Shown here: in pieces, positions 29,905-37,814 of the stretch
Layout of the letters: the number at the start of each line of letters is the position of its first letter
Numbering within the stretch: position 1 is the stretch's first letter
DNA from: a bacterium
GTDB lineage: Bacteria > Patescibacteriota > Saccharimonadia > Saccharimonadales > SZUA-47
Length of the DNA: 64,000 nt
NCBI GenBank assembly: GCA_030428125.1
Contig: JAUIBF010000001.1
Span: 490,383-554,382 of the forward strand
Reading direction: 5' to 3'
Notes under the pieces: model-generated
The model's database searches: none
What the model saw: only the letters and a program-made list of their open reading frames with translations
What the model was told of the DNA's origin: nothing
Program-made: the position numbers and the translations under genes

Positions 29905-30528
29905 CTAATAACTCAAACGGTTTACGGCATCAGAATAATGCGGCTCACCACGAATATCATCCGGATACAAAATCCTCATTACTGCTTGAGTCTGTCCGTG
30001 AATATCGCTGACGTGTATCGCATTGTTAACTACTGGCAAAAACAGCTCTTCAAACTCTTGATTGTTTAGGCCCGCTGAATCTTCCCCGGAAACAAATTGA
30101 TATGGCTTGCAAGTCATACCTCTAATACCTAATTGTCGATCTACTATTTCGCCGTCCATATCAAAAGTCTCTGTTGATCCTTTTATATTTTCGAAGAGCA
30201 CTGAGGGATCTTCAGTTCTATAGACAAAGGGTATAAATGCAACTCTTCCTAGATACTCTCGCATTATCATAGGGTAATACCTTCTGTCTGATTTGTTCGC
30301 ATAAAATATCTCGAGTATTTTTCTGCCGTAAGGTACCGATCTTAAGTCCCTGATTATTGGAGATAACAACTGAATTTCCGATATCCTTCCATGTAATGGG
30401 TCATCAGCAACGAGTAAATCATGAGGGTAATTACCGTGAAGAGTTTCGACTATCAGTGGATCTAAAGTCTCGTCTAGTGCATGAGGCTTTATCATTATCA
30501 AACTTGTACCACTGACCAACTCAGACAT
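29905..30528 (-). CDS. divergent nucleoside-diphosphate-kinase-like protein
   Basis: SLIMIKPHAL (cf. NDK IIKPDGV), REYLGRVAFIPFVY...IKGST (cf. FMTSGPVV...LGAT) and NNAIHVSD (cf. NxxHGSD catalytic His); 207 aa, longer than typical ~140-150 aa NDK. Confidence 0.55.
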   Translation of the reverse strand: MSELVSGTSLIMIKPHALDETLDPLIVETLHGNYPHDLLVADDPLHGRISEIQLLSPIIRDLRSVPYGRKILEIFYANKSDRRYYPMIMREYLGRVAFIPFVYRTEDPSVLFENIKGSTETFDMDGEIVDRQLGIRGMTCKPYQFVSGEDSAGLNNQEFEELFLPVVNNAIHVSDIHGQTQAVMRILYPDDIRGEPHYSDAVNRLSY

Positions 30529-30530
30529 TG

Positions 30531-32549
30531 CTAAACCATTTCCTCTTCTGCTAACACAAAATTGCCAGTTTCTGCATCTACGATAACGTCAGCTATTTCT
30601 TTTGGGCGTGCATTCTGTTCGTAGATCCATTGTGCGGGCATGTATTTTCTGAGATATTTTCTAACTACTTCAATACCAAGTTTCGGAACATCGCGCTCTA
30701 TGGCACGACTAAGCATTTTGCCTATCGCTAAATCAATGTGAACCTTGTAATCGAATTCATCAACTAATTCCTCTCCAAAGAGAAAAACCCCTTCAACTAA
30801 TATCACATCAGGTCTAACATCATATGACTTTAGATAACTCATACCCGTAACAGGGTTTATATGCTCAAGAATCACCATATCACTCTGATCCCGTGCAAGG
30901 GTCGCAATTAGTTGTTTTAGCTTTTTTATATTAAAGGTGTGTTCTAGATAATTTAAGATTGGGTTATCTGAAGTATGTCTTACTTCTGAGTCATTTGAAA
31001 AATCATCAATTTGTATTTCTGTCACTCGTAGACCACTCTGTTCTAATTGACTCTTTAGTTCACTTGATAGTGTTGTTTTTCCAGACGTATCTACGCCACT
31101 TACACCAACGACACAACATTCATTAACTTCGCTCAGTTCCGCTATCTCTTGTGTTAAAAACTCTACGACATTTCGACCTTGCAGAGTATTAGTTGTTTCC
31201 GCAGAACCATCAACTAGCTTATTGATGCCCAGAATATTTATTTCTGGTAAGTGCTCCTGTAGGTATTTAAGAAGTGACTCTAATTCGTCAGGTTGAGTTT
31301 TAATGATTTTGTCAATTTGGGCTATCATGATTCGCAGTGCTTCTTTAAACTCAAGCCTATTATCAACCGGCTCCTCTTGGCTAATAAAGTTATCGAGGAT
31401 ATGCGCAAATGAAACTGACGGGCCGCTATTTGACCCTTTTTGGTCAACAAGTCTATCGACATCAACCTCATTACCATTCATAATCGCTTCCAGTTTAAAC
31501 CACAATAGATAACCGGGCAGTTTATCGGTTACGAACTTTGACTCGACTCCAATCTGATGTTTTACACACCACTCCCTAATTAATTCCTCCCAAACTGTAA
31601 ATACTTCAGTATTTAATTCACGACCTCCGAAATTTTCATATAGCTGCTTGGAGTGTTCGCGAAGGTCAATAAATGCATACCCTCGATCCGACTGCTGCCA
31701 ATACCCTAATTCAGTGGAAACACTATTTTCAAAAGGGTAGAGTTTATTGGGCAATAAGACCTTGTGATATGGACTTTCTAGTGCTCGACTTTTTGGGTCG
31801 CAACCAATTGTACTCAAGCAATCTTTCTGTAAAGTTCCACCAAAAGCCTTAAGCACAACAGCTAGTGTAAATAATGTTCTGCCCCTATAGAATAGATCGT
31901 CAATAAAATGTACAGGTTTATCGCTAGCTAGAATTTCCGCCAATCGTGTTCCTCTAAGAACAGCCTGAATGAGGGCCAAGCTAGGCAGCCTTTCCTCGAT
32001 TGTCTCAATCATTTCAATACATTTATCAAGTTCCTGCGACAACTGCGAATCATCCGTAACGTGCTTGAAGGGCCCTGGCACTGAATAGCCAGCAAGGATT
32101 GACACAACTTCACCTCTTGTCATGCCTTTATGTATTAAACCTGTGTCTTCCTGTGACTGAGCAATAAAATTAAATGTACTTTCAGATAACTCTTCATCTT
32201 TTTCATCATCCGATAAAAGCGTAAGCAGCTGGACAGATAGAGGTGCTTTTTCGATAGACATCAGTTTCATGTCTGTATAATCTTCCCCTAATGCCAAAAT
32301 ATATTCTGACACATACCTATTTCCACCCTGAATCACGACTCTGTGTCCGGCAGTCGTATCATCAACCCATCGATCCACCGTCGTCATTAGTTCTGATTTT
32401 GATATGCGCTCGCCCGAGGCAAAAGTGTTACTTCCAGGACGAGGAGGCTGAACAAGATAATTAAGATCTGTGCCGTTTATGGTTTCATACGACATAGGGC
32501 TTTGCTCCCTAACAGAAGCTAGTTCAGCATTTTCACCTATGGAATTCAT
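30531..32549 (-). CDS. fusion protein: phosphoribosyltransferase-like N-terminal region + uridine kinase/PRK-family P-loop kinase C-terminal domain
   Basis: PRPP-loop-like KPVHFIDDLFYRGRTL (aa ~215-230). C-terminal VVGVSGVDTSGKTT (P-loop), DVILVEGVFLF, DYKVHIDLAIGKMLSRAIERD and ADVIVD match uridine kinase family landmarks. Confidence 0.55.
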   Translation of the reverse strand: MNSIGENAELASVREQSPMSYETINGTDLNYLVQPPRPGSNTFASGERISKSELMTTVDRWVDDTTAGHRVVIQGGNRYVSEYILALGEDYTDMKLMSIEKAPLSVQLLTLLSDDEKDEELSESTFNFIAQSQEDTGLIHKGMTRGEVVSILAGYSVPGPFKHVTDDSQLSQELDKCIEMIETIEERLPSLALIQAVLRGTRLAEILASDKPVHFIDDLFYRGRTLFTLAVVLKAFGGTLQKDCLSTIGCDPKSRALESPYHKVLLPNKLYPFENSVSTELGYWQQSDRGYAFIDLREHSKQLYENFGGRELNTEVFTVWEELIREWCVKHQIGVESKFVTDKLPGYLLWFKLEAIMNGNEVDVDRLVDQKGSNSGPSVSFAHILDNFISQEEPVDNRLEFKEALRIMIAQIDKIIKTQPDELESLLKYLQEHLPEINILGINKLVDGSAETTNTLQGRNVVEFLTQEIAELSEVNECCVVGVSGVDTSGKTTLSSELKSQLEQSGLRVTEIQIDDFSNDSEVRHTSDNPILNYLEHTFNIKKLKQLIATLARDQSDMVILEHINPVTGMSYLKSYDVRPDVILVEGVFLFGEELVDEFDYKVHIDLAIGKMLSRAIERDVPKLGIEVVRKYLRKYMPAQWIYEQNARPKEIADVIVDAETGNFVLAEEEMV

Positions 32550-32555
32550 AATAAG

Positions 32556-33578
32556 CTACTCTTTCAAATCACTAAGAACTCTGAGTAATAATTCATTTTC
32601 TTCAGAGCTTCCTACTGTTACCCTTATGCAATCGTTGAAAGTCCCTAGAATACTTCTAGGACGCACAACTATTGAATTTTCACTTAATATCCTAGCCATA
32701 TGGTCTGATTTACGAGATTTAATAATCAAGAAATTTGTTTGCGTATTTTCTACTGAGTAGCCCATTGTTGATAACCTTTCAAAAACTAACGACTTTTGTT
32801 TTAAGACACTTTTCACTTCTGATTCAAGTTTATCCATCTGTGTCATAGCCGACACTGCAGCCTCTAAGCCAATGCTGCTTACACTGTATGGTTGCTTTAG
32901 AGCTTCAAGTGAATCTTTGTGTGAACTTTCGCATAGAACGTAACCAATTCTGGCGCCTGCCAAACCCCATGCTTTGGAGAAAGTACGTAGAACAAAAATA
33001 TTTTGATTTTTTATCACTTGTTTATAGTATGAGTAATTCAGCCCTGAGTATTCTATATAAGCTTCATCGATTATAATTTTTCCTTTAAATTCTGCAATCA
33101 ACTGTTGTAGTTTAGAGTAGTCCATTAAATTGCCGGTTGGATTGTTTGGATGAATTAATACGAGTAAGCTAGCTTCGTTATTTAATTTAAGAATTTCTTG
33201 AACGTCAGGCTGGTAATCCGCATCTAGCTGAACAGTTAATACTTTCTTATTTTTTGCTACTGAACGCTGACTATATAAATCATATGTCGGCTTATTTAGT
33301 ATTACGGTCTCGGGGTTAACATAGTCAATAAGTAAGTCTATTCCTGCTATAGATCCTGCCGTCAAAACTATATTTTCACTTGACAAGCCTTTATTATTTT
33401 TAGCAATTAAATCTACTAATATTGAATTGAGTTTGCTGTCTGGATATCTATTAAGGTTCAAAAGTGCACTGACGTGTAATGATGCCCATTGGGTTGGATG
33501 TTCGTTAGCGTCAAGTAACATGCTGTCTTTTGTTGCGTTGTCTCTGTCTGTTCTATAACGCTGGAGTACTCTTTGCAT
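32556..33578 (-). CDS. class I/II PLP aminotransferase (HisC/CobD-like)
   Basis: NPNNPTG, IIDEAYIEY, LRTFSKAWGLAGARIGY (PLP-lysine motif). Confidence 0.8.
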   Translation of the reverse strand: MQRVLQRYRTDRDNATKDSMLLDANEHPTQWASLHVSALLNLNRYPDSKLNSILVDLIAKNNKGLSSENIVLTAGSIAGIDLLIDYVNPETVILNKPTYDLYSQRSVAKNKKVLTVQLDADYQPDVQEILKLNNEASLLVLIHPNNPTGNLMDYSKLQQLIAEFKGKIIIDEAYIEYSGLNYSYYKQVIKNQNIFVLRTFSKAWGLAGARIGYVLCESSHKDSLEALKQPYSVSSIGLEAAVSAMTQMDKLESEVKSVLKQKSLVFERLSTMGYSVENTQTNFLIIKSRKSDHMARILSENSIVVRPRSILGTFNDCIRVTVGSSEENELLLRVLSDLKE

Positions 33579-33657
33579 GTTTATATTTTATAATATAGTT
33601 TGTTTTTTTACTATTTTGTTTTATCTTATTTTTTTATATGGCAGGTACATCTTAGGG

Positions 33658-33667
33658 TTGATATAAT
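33658..33667 (+). promoter_or_regulatory. extended -10 promoter (TGaTATAAT) directly abutting the NUDIX start codon; predicts a leaderless mRNA
   Basis: TTGATATAAT ends 6 nt before ATG 33674; no Shine-Dalgarno in between. Confidence 0.35.
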
Positions 33668-33673
33668 CAAGCT

Positions 33674-34051
33674 ATGCGAAAAAGAGCTGGTGCATTAATT
33701 ATCTCTGATAAGAAACTTTTACTTATTAACGAAGGAGATCAGGGTTTTTTCTGGACGCCAGGCGGAGGACTAGAGGGTAATGAATCCTTCGAAACTGCCC
33801 TTAAACGAGAGTTGCATGAAGAACTCGGGGCTAAGACAGAATCAATAGAATTGTTTTTTCAAATGCTAGACGAAAACGAAAAAGAAGAAGTTAAATATTT
33901 CATTATAAATAAGTTCGATAAACTTGAGGTGCCTAATGATACAAAAATATTATGGTACAGTCGCGAAATGTACGAAAATGATTCAGTACGAATATCTAAA
34001 AGGGTGCACAAGCACGTCGTCCCGAAGCTGATTTCGGAAGATTTTTTATAG
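33674..34051 (+). CDS. NUDIX hydrolase
   Basis: Nudix box GGGLEGNESFETALKRELHEELG (Gx5Ex7REUxEExGU). Confidence 0.85.
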   Translation: MRKRAGALIISDKKLLLINEGDQGFFWTPGGGLEGNESFETALKRELHEELGAKTESIELFFQMLDENEKEEVKYFIINKFDKLEVPNDTKILWYSREMYENDSVRISKRVHKHVVPKLISEDFL

Positions 34052-34066
34052 GTATATCATGAAAAC

Positions 34067-34096
34067 TGTACAAGGAACGTCCTTGTACAGTAAGGA
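34067..34096. repeat. right copy of the 30-bp perfect inverted repeat
   Basis: TGTACAAGGAACGTCCTTGTACAGTAAGGA is the exact reverse complement of 29857-29886. Confidence 0.95.
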
Positions 34097-34104
34097 TAAG
34101 TTAA

Positions 34105-34524
34105 CTAGTTTACTAGTTCGCCACCCATATCAACAACTGCGGTATAAGCACCTAGATTAACTACCTCTCCGTAATTAGCCTTGTCCAGAATTGCTTTTGC
34201 AACTGTAGATCTGCTACCACTTCGGCAGTAGACATATATTTTACTGTCAGAGGGGATATCGGGGTATCTTCCAGACTGCAAATCCTGCAGAGGTAAGTTC
34301 TGGGCGCCACCAATATGGCCGTCATCGAACTCTTCGATTGTCCTGACATCAAACAGATAAGCAGTACCTGCACTAATTTCGCTTTCTATCTGAGCAAAAT
34401 CAACTACTCCATCATTCCGAGCCTTAACGATATCAGAATCGTTACTATTGCTGTTATTGCCAACGTATAGTCCGATTCCCAGTATCGCTAATAAAACTGC
34501 AGTGATTATAATTGCTATCTTCAT
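34105..34524 (-). CDS. membrane-anchored rhodanese-domain sulfurtransferase
   Basis: N-terminal TM; DVRTIEEFDDGHIGGAQNLP and active-site loop YCRSGSRS. Confidence 0.8.
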   Translation of the reverse strand: MKIAIIITAVLLAILGIGLYVGNNSNSNDSDIVKARNDGVVDFAQIESEISAGTAYLFDVRTIEEFDDGHIGGAQNLPLQDLQSGRYPDIPSDSKIYVYCRSGSRSTVAKAILDKANYGEVVNLGAYTAVVDMGGELVN

Positions 34525-34526
34525 TT

Positions 34527-34916
34527 TTACCCTCGTAATTTTACTTTACATTTTTCGCATTCGCCCTGAATAGTTAGCCTACCAGAAACCCTACAACCAC
34601 CTAAAGCTTCTACTATGGTCGGCATTACATCATCGACAACGTTAATATCCTTGATGCCACCACAAACACGACATATAAAATGGTCGTGAGGGGAAGTATT
34701 TATATCAAACTTCATTGACCCATCTGACTCTGGTGGGGCTAAAGCTAAGGCCCCACTATCGACCAGTCGTGATGTAACTCTATGCACCGTGGTTGCACTC
34801 AAGTCAGGGAATTCTAATCGCAGTTTATCGATTAGTTCGGCATTACTAGCATGGCCAAGCTCAGTAATTGTATCTAAAACTGCTTTGGAATATTTAGTTG
34901 CCCTTGACGAAATCAT
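34527..34916 (-). CDS. Fur-family metalloregulator
   Basis: Winged-helix N-terminus (TVHRVTSRL), HDHFICRVCG and CEKC structural zinc CxxC pairs. Confidence 0.8.
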   Translation of the reverse strand: MISSRATKYSKAVLDTITELGHASNAELIDKLRLEFPDLSATTVHRVTSRLVDSGALALAPPESDGSMKFDINTSPHDHFICRVCGGIKDINVVDDVMPTIVEALGGCRVSGRLTIQGECEKCKVKLRG

Positions 34917-34972
34917 GGCTCTTATTGTAAATTATTTACATTAAGATATCAATATGTAAGTGTGGAGAAGCA

Positions 34973-35233
34973 ATGAAAAGAATTTTTATCGATGTACGTG
35001 AGCCATTCGAGTTCAATATGGGGCATGTAGAAGGGGCGATAAACGTACATCCCGCAGAACTAATGGCTGGAGCGCCTAGTTTAAATGACATCGATAAAGA
35101 TACCGAGCTAATCCTTTACTGCAGAAGTGGCGCCAGATCTAACGCCAGCATGCATTATTTGCGTGATATGGGCTTCACAAACCTGGTTAACGGTATAAAT
35201 CAAGCACAAGTTGAAGCTAAATACGACGTCTAG
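34973..35233 (+). CDS. single-domain rhodanese
   Basis: IDVREPFEFNMGHVEGAINV and active-site YCRSGARS. Confidence 0.8.
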   Translation: MKRIFIDVREPFEFNMGHVEGAINVHPAELMAGAPSLNDIDKDTELILYCRSGARSNASMHYLRDMGFTNLVNGINQAQVEAKYDV

Positions 35234-35236
35234 AGA

Positions 35237-35563
35237 CTACGCAACATCTCTTTTTTCGAGTTTTTGTTTCGCATCTGCTCTGCGTTTAATCGCAGTTAGG
35301 TCATCTGCATGCACGGGCATGCCTAGCTCATAACGCTCGTCTTCATCCATACCAGCCCAAACCCCAACTTCTTCGTGCTCGCTAATATAGTTCAAACATT
35401 CATTGAATACTGGACAAGTTGCACAGATTGCTTTAGCAGCAGCTAGGCGCTTCTCCCTTGAGCTGAGTCTCTCGCTAAATGACGCCTGAAAAGGATTTTT
35501 CGGTCTTTTGTATGCGTCTATACACGCTGCCTCATCACGCCAGCTAGCTTCTATCTCAGACAT
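35237..35563 (-). CDS. WhiB-like (Wbl) Fe-S transcription factor
   Basis: W..EAAC ... AKAICATCPVFNECLNY ... VGVWAGMDEDER reproduces the Wbl pattern C-x(n)-CxxCxxxxxC followed by the G[VI]W[GA]G turn. Confidence 0.7.
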   Translation of the reverse strand: MSEIEASWRDEAACIDAYKRPKNPFQASFSERLSSREKRLAAAKAICATCPVFNECLNYISEHEEVGVWAGMDEDERYELGMPVHADDLTAIKRRADAKQKLEKRDVA

Positions 35564-35607
35564 AATAGTGGTATATTATAGTACTTTTTTGATATATTAG
35601 CTATTTT

Positions 35608-35916
35608 CTAGAAGTCTTCTTCGGGGTTATCTGAGTCTTTTTTGCCCCAACGCCACTTCGGTTTTGGACCTAAACTTGCAGAGATGTAGATTAAAATTCC
35701 AGCCCCAATAAACACAAAAGCTAGATAGTACAATACTTTTGAATTAAAAGTGTTATCAGGTACGTCTGCCAGGAACCAGAAAGCCCCTAAAACCACCAAA
35801 ATTAGATAAACAAGCACAACTATCCATCCTAGTGGCGATGTAGGCACCCAGCCATAACCGTAACGCTTTCTCTTGAATTTCAATTGTTTTTTGCCCATTA
35901 CAGACAATTTTAGCAA
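35608..35916 (-). CDS. small membrane protein (2 TM)
   Basis: 102-aa ORF with two hydrophobic helices and charged termini. Confidence 0.45.
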   Translation of the reverse strand: MLKLSVMGKKQLKFKRKRYGYGWVPTSPLGWIVVLVYLILVVLGAFWFLADVPDNTFNSKVLYYLAFVFIGAGILIYISASLGPKPKWRWGKKDSDNPEEDF

Positions 35917-35959
35917 TTATAAGGTGTAAATGTAAATTGATAATCATTTCATAATGGTA

Positions 35960-35988
35960 TTGCTTTTTTGTGTAGTTTGTACTATAAT
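35960..35988 (+). promoter_or_regulatory. sigma-70-like promoter TTGCTT-17-TATAAT
   Basis: -35 at 35960-35965, -10 at 35983-35988, ~30 nt upstream of the GAGG Shine-Dalgarno and ATG 36019. Confidence 0.4.
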
Positions 35989-36018
35989 ATAGCTTGAAAA
36001 CTGAGGTATTTTTAAGTT

Positions 36019-37740
36019 ATGAACGCAAAAACACCACTGTTGGAGCGACAGTTAGACGGTCTAATGACCAGCTATGAAAATGCACAAGTTGCAGCTGCAC
36101 AAGCTCCTGACCTTGCACGGGCTACCCTTAATAGCCAAGTTGAAGTTATCCAAACTCAGATAGAGGAGTTCTTCGCAACAGATGCAGTAGTTGCAGCCCT
36201 AGACGAGCTACGAGACCTTAGGACTGCCGAATATGAAAAGATAGGTGAATTGTTTGCTGACGGTAAAATAACCGATTCTGAGCTAGATGAGCGTATTGAG
36301 GCTATTGAAAACAGCCCTAAATACCGTCTATTAGGCCTTGCAACGGAATTAGGCGCTTTTGCCCTTGATGACGTGTCCGTTGAGACAGTAGAAGATACTC
36401 CAGAGGATGATGTCGAGTTTGTGCCATTTATCCCTGTAGAAATCACCACTGAAAAGCTTGATGCTATCTCAGAATCAGCGGATTCTGATCTTGAACCTGA
36501 AGAGCTAGAGCTAATCGGTGAAGTAGTGGAAGATTTTGAAGCGTTAGAGCCTGAAACCATTATTTTTACTGAAACCGAGGCTGACACAGATGATACAGGT
36601 TTGACGTTTAATGCTCTAGATGACGACACTGAAGAGGTAGACATTCTAGAAAACGCTACACTTGATGCTATTGATGTGGCATTTGAGGCTATAGAATCAG
36701 ATCCAGCAGATCCTGAAGAAGTGTTTTACGACGAAGAGATTGTTGCCTCCGAAGAACCAATGCTTCCAGAGGTAGAAGATGATTCAACTTTAGACACCAT
36801 AGCCGAAGAAAGGCCTATAGAACTAGAGCCAACCACGGATGAGGTTACTGTTGAGCACGCACTGATCTTTGCCGAGGAGGTTGCTGACCTTACAAAAGAC
36901 AGAGATGAATTAAAAGTAGTTGCTCCAAAGTATCTGCTCAAGAGCACCTTGCGCAAAGCAGCTGACACCGATTTGCGCTACGTTACCCCAGAAATGCGCA
37001 GGGAGGCCATTACATCCATTTTATCAATTCTAGACAGCGAAGACCCTCTGATTTCATTCATGACTGATGCCGAAAGTAGTCAAGCGATGTTTGATTTTAC
37101 TGATTGGTCTGCGTCGGTAATCGAAAGTCCAAAATGGGCAGCTGTTAAGAGCCAATTGATTGATTCTGTAAGAATCGTCGAGGAATCACCAGCGCTACCA
37201 GCAACTACTGCGACAATTAGCGCTGAAGAAGAAATAGCAACTCCTCTTGTTGCTGAAGAAAACGGAGTAGCCGAGGAAACTACTGCTAAAATCGTTGAGT
37301 TACCGATTAAGTCGGAAATTGAACCGGAAGATACTAAACACGAAACAGATGAAGATACAGAAGATGCTGAAATAATTGATGTAAATTCTCGAATCGAGGA
37401 AAAAGTTGAGAAAGAAGCTGTTGCAAGTGCTGTCGAAGTATTAGTTGAGACAGACAACCTATTCGAGGGTGAAATCAGCTTAAGCGAATTTCGCTCAAGA
37501 ACCGGCATAGACACTGAGGTGTTCGTGGAAGTTTATCGCACGGGTATCTTAGAGTTGGATGAAAAAGAAAAGCATGTTGCAATCAAAGAGATAAAGATCA
37601 ATGCGACAGAGGCAATATTGCTACAGATGCACGCATCAAATCGTAACTTGATAAACAATGCAGACAACACAGTAAAAGCCAGAATCCTAAGCTCAGTTAA
37701 GTCCGAGATTAGCCGTCAAGAAGCTCTAAAAGTAGCCTAA
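36019..37740 (+). CDS. very acidic (Glu/Asp-rich) protein, function unknown
   Basis: 573-aa ORF; long low-complexity acidic stretches; C-terminal ~90 aa less biased. Confidence 0.5.
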   Translation: MNAKTPLLERQLDGLMTSYENAQVAAAQAPDLARATLNSQVEVIQTQIEEFFATDAVVAALDELRDLRTAEYEKIGELFADGKITDSELDERIEAIENSPKYRLLGLATELGAFALDDVSVETVEDTPEDDVEFVPFIPVEITTEKLDAISESADSDLEPEELELIGEVVEDFEALEPETIIFTETEADTDDTGLTFNALDDDTEEVDILENATLDAIDVAFEAIESDPADPEEVFYDEEIVASEEPMLPEVEDDSTLDTIAEERPIELEPTTDEVTVEHALIFAEEVADLTKDRDELKVVAPKYLLKSTLRKAADTDLRYVTPEMRREAITSILSILDSEDPLISFMTDAESSQAMFDFTDWSASVIESPKWAAVKSQLIDSVRIVEESPALPATTATISAEEEIATPLVAEENGVAEETTAKIVELPIKSEIEPEDTKHETDEDTEDAEIIDVNSRIEEKVEKEAVASAVEVLVETDNLFEGEISLSEFRSRTGIDTEVFVEVYRTGILELDEKEKHVAIKEIKINATEAILLQMHASNRNLINNADNTVKARILSSVKSEISRQEALKVA

Positions 37741-37763
37741 AAGTCATATCGGTAACGGTTATT

Positions 37764-37791
37764 TTGAATTTATACCGTGACTCTTTATAAT
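37764..37791 (+). promoter_or_regulatory. sigma-70-like promoter TTGAAT-16-TATAAT
   Basis: -35 at 37764-37769, -10 at 37786-37791; followed by GGAGGG Shine-Dalgarno and ATG 37815. Confidence 0.4.
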
Positions 37792-37814
37792 ATTATGTAG
37801 AAATTGGAGGGTCT

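Noticed and set aside
29857-34096. Interpreting the 30-bp inverted repeats as ends of an IS or composite transposon
   Set aside because: No transposase or integrase lies between or next to them, and no target-site duplication flanks them (left flank ...CCTAAC, right flank TAAGTT...). I keep it as a repeat-bracketed cassette of unknown mobility rather than calling it a mobile element.
36156-37514. Three minus-strand Ser-rich ORFs (162, 80 and 144 aa) inside the polyacidic gene
   Set aside because: They are antisense translations of GAA/GAT/GAG-rich codons (giving TTC/ATC/CTC and Ser/Ile runs). They have no start context and are low complexity.
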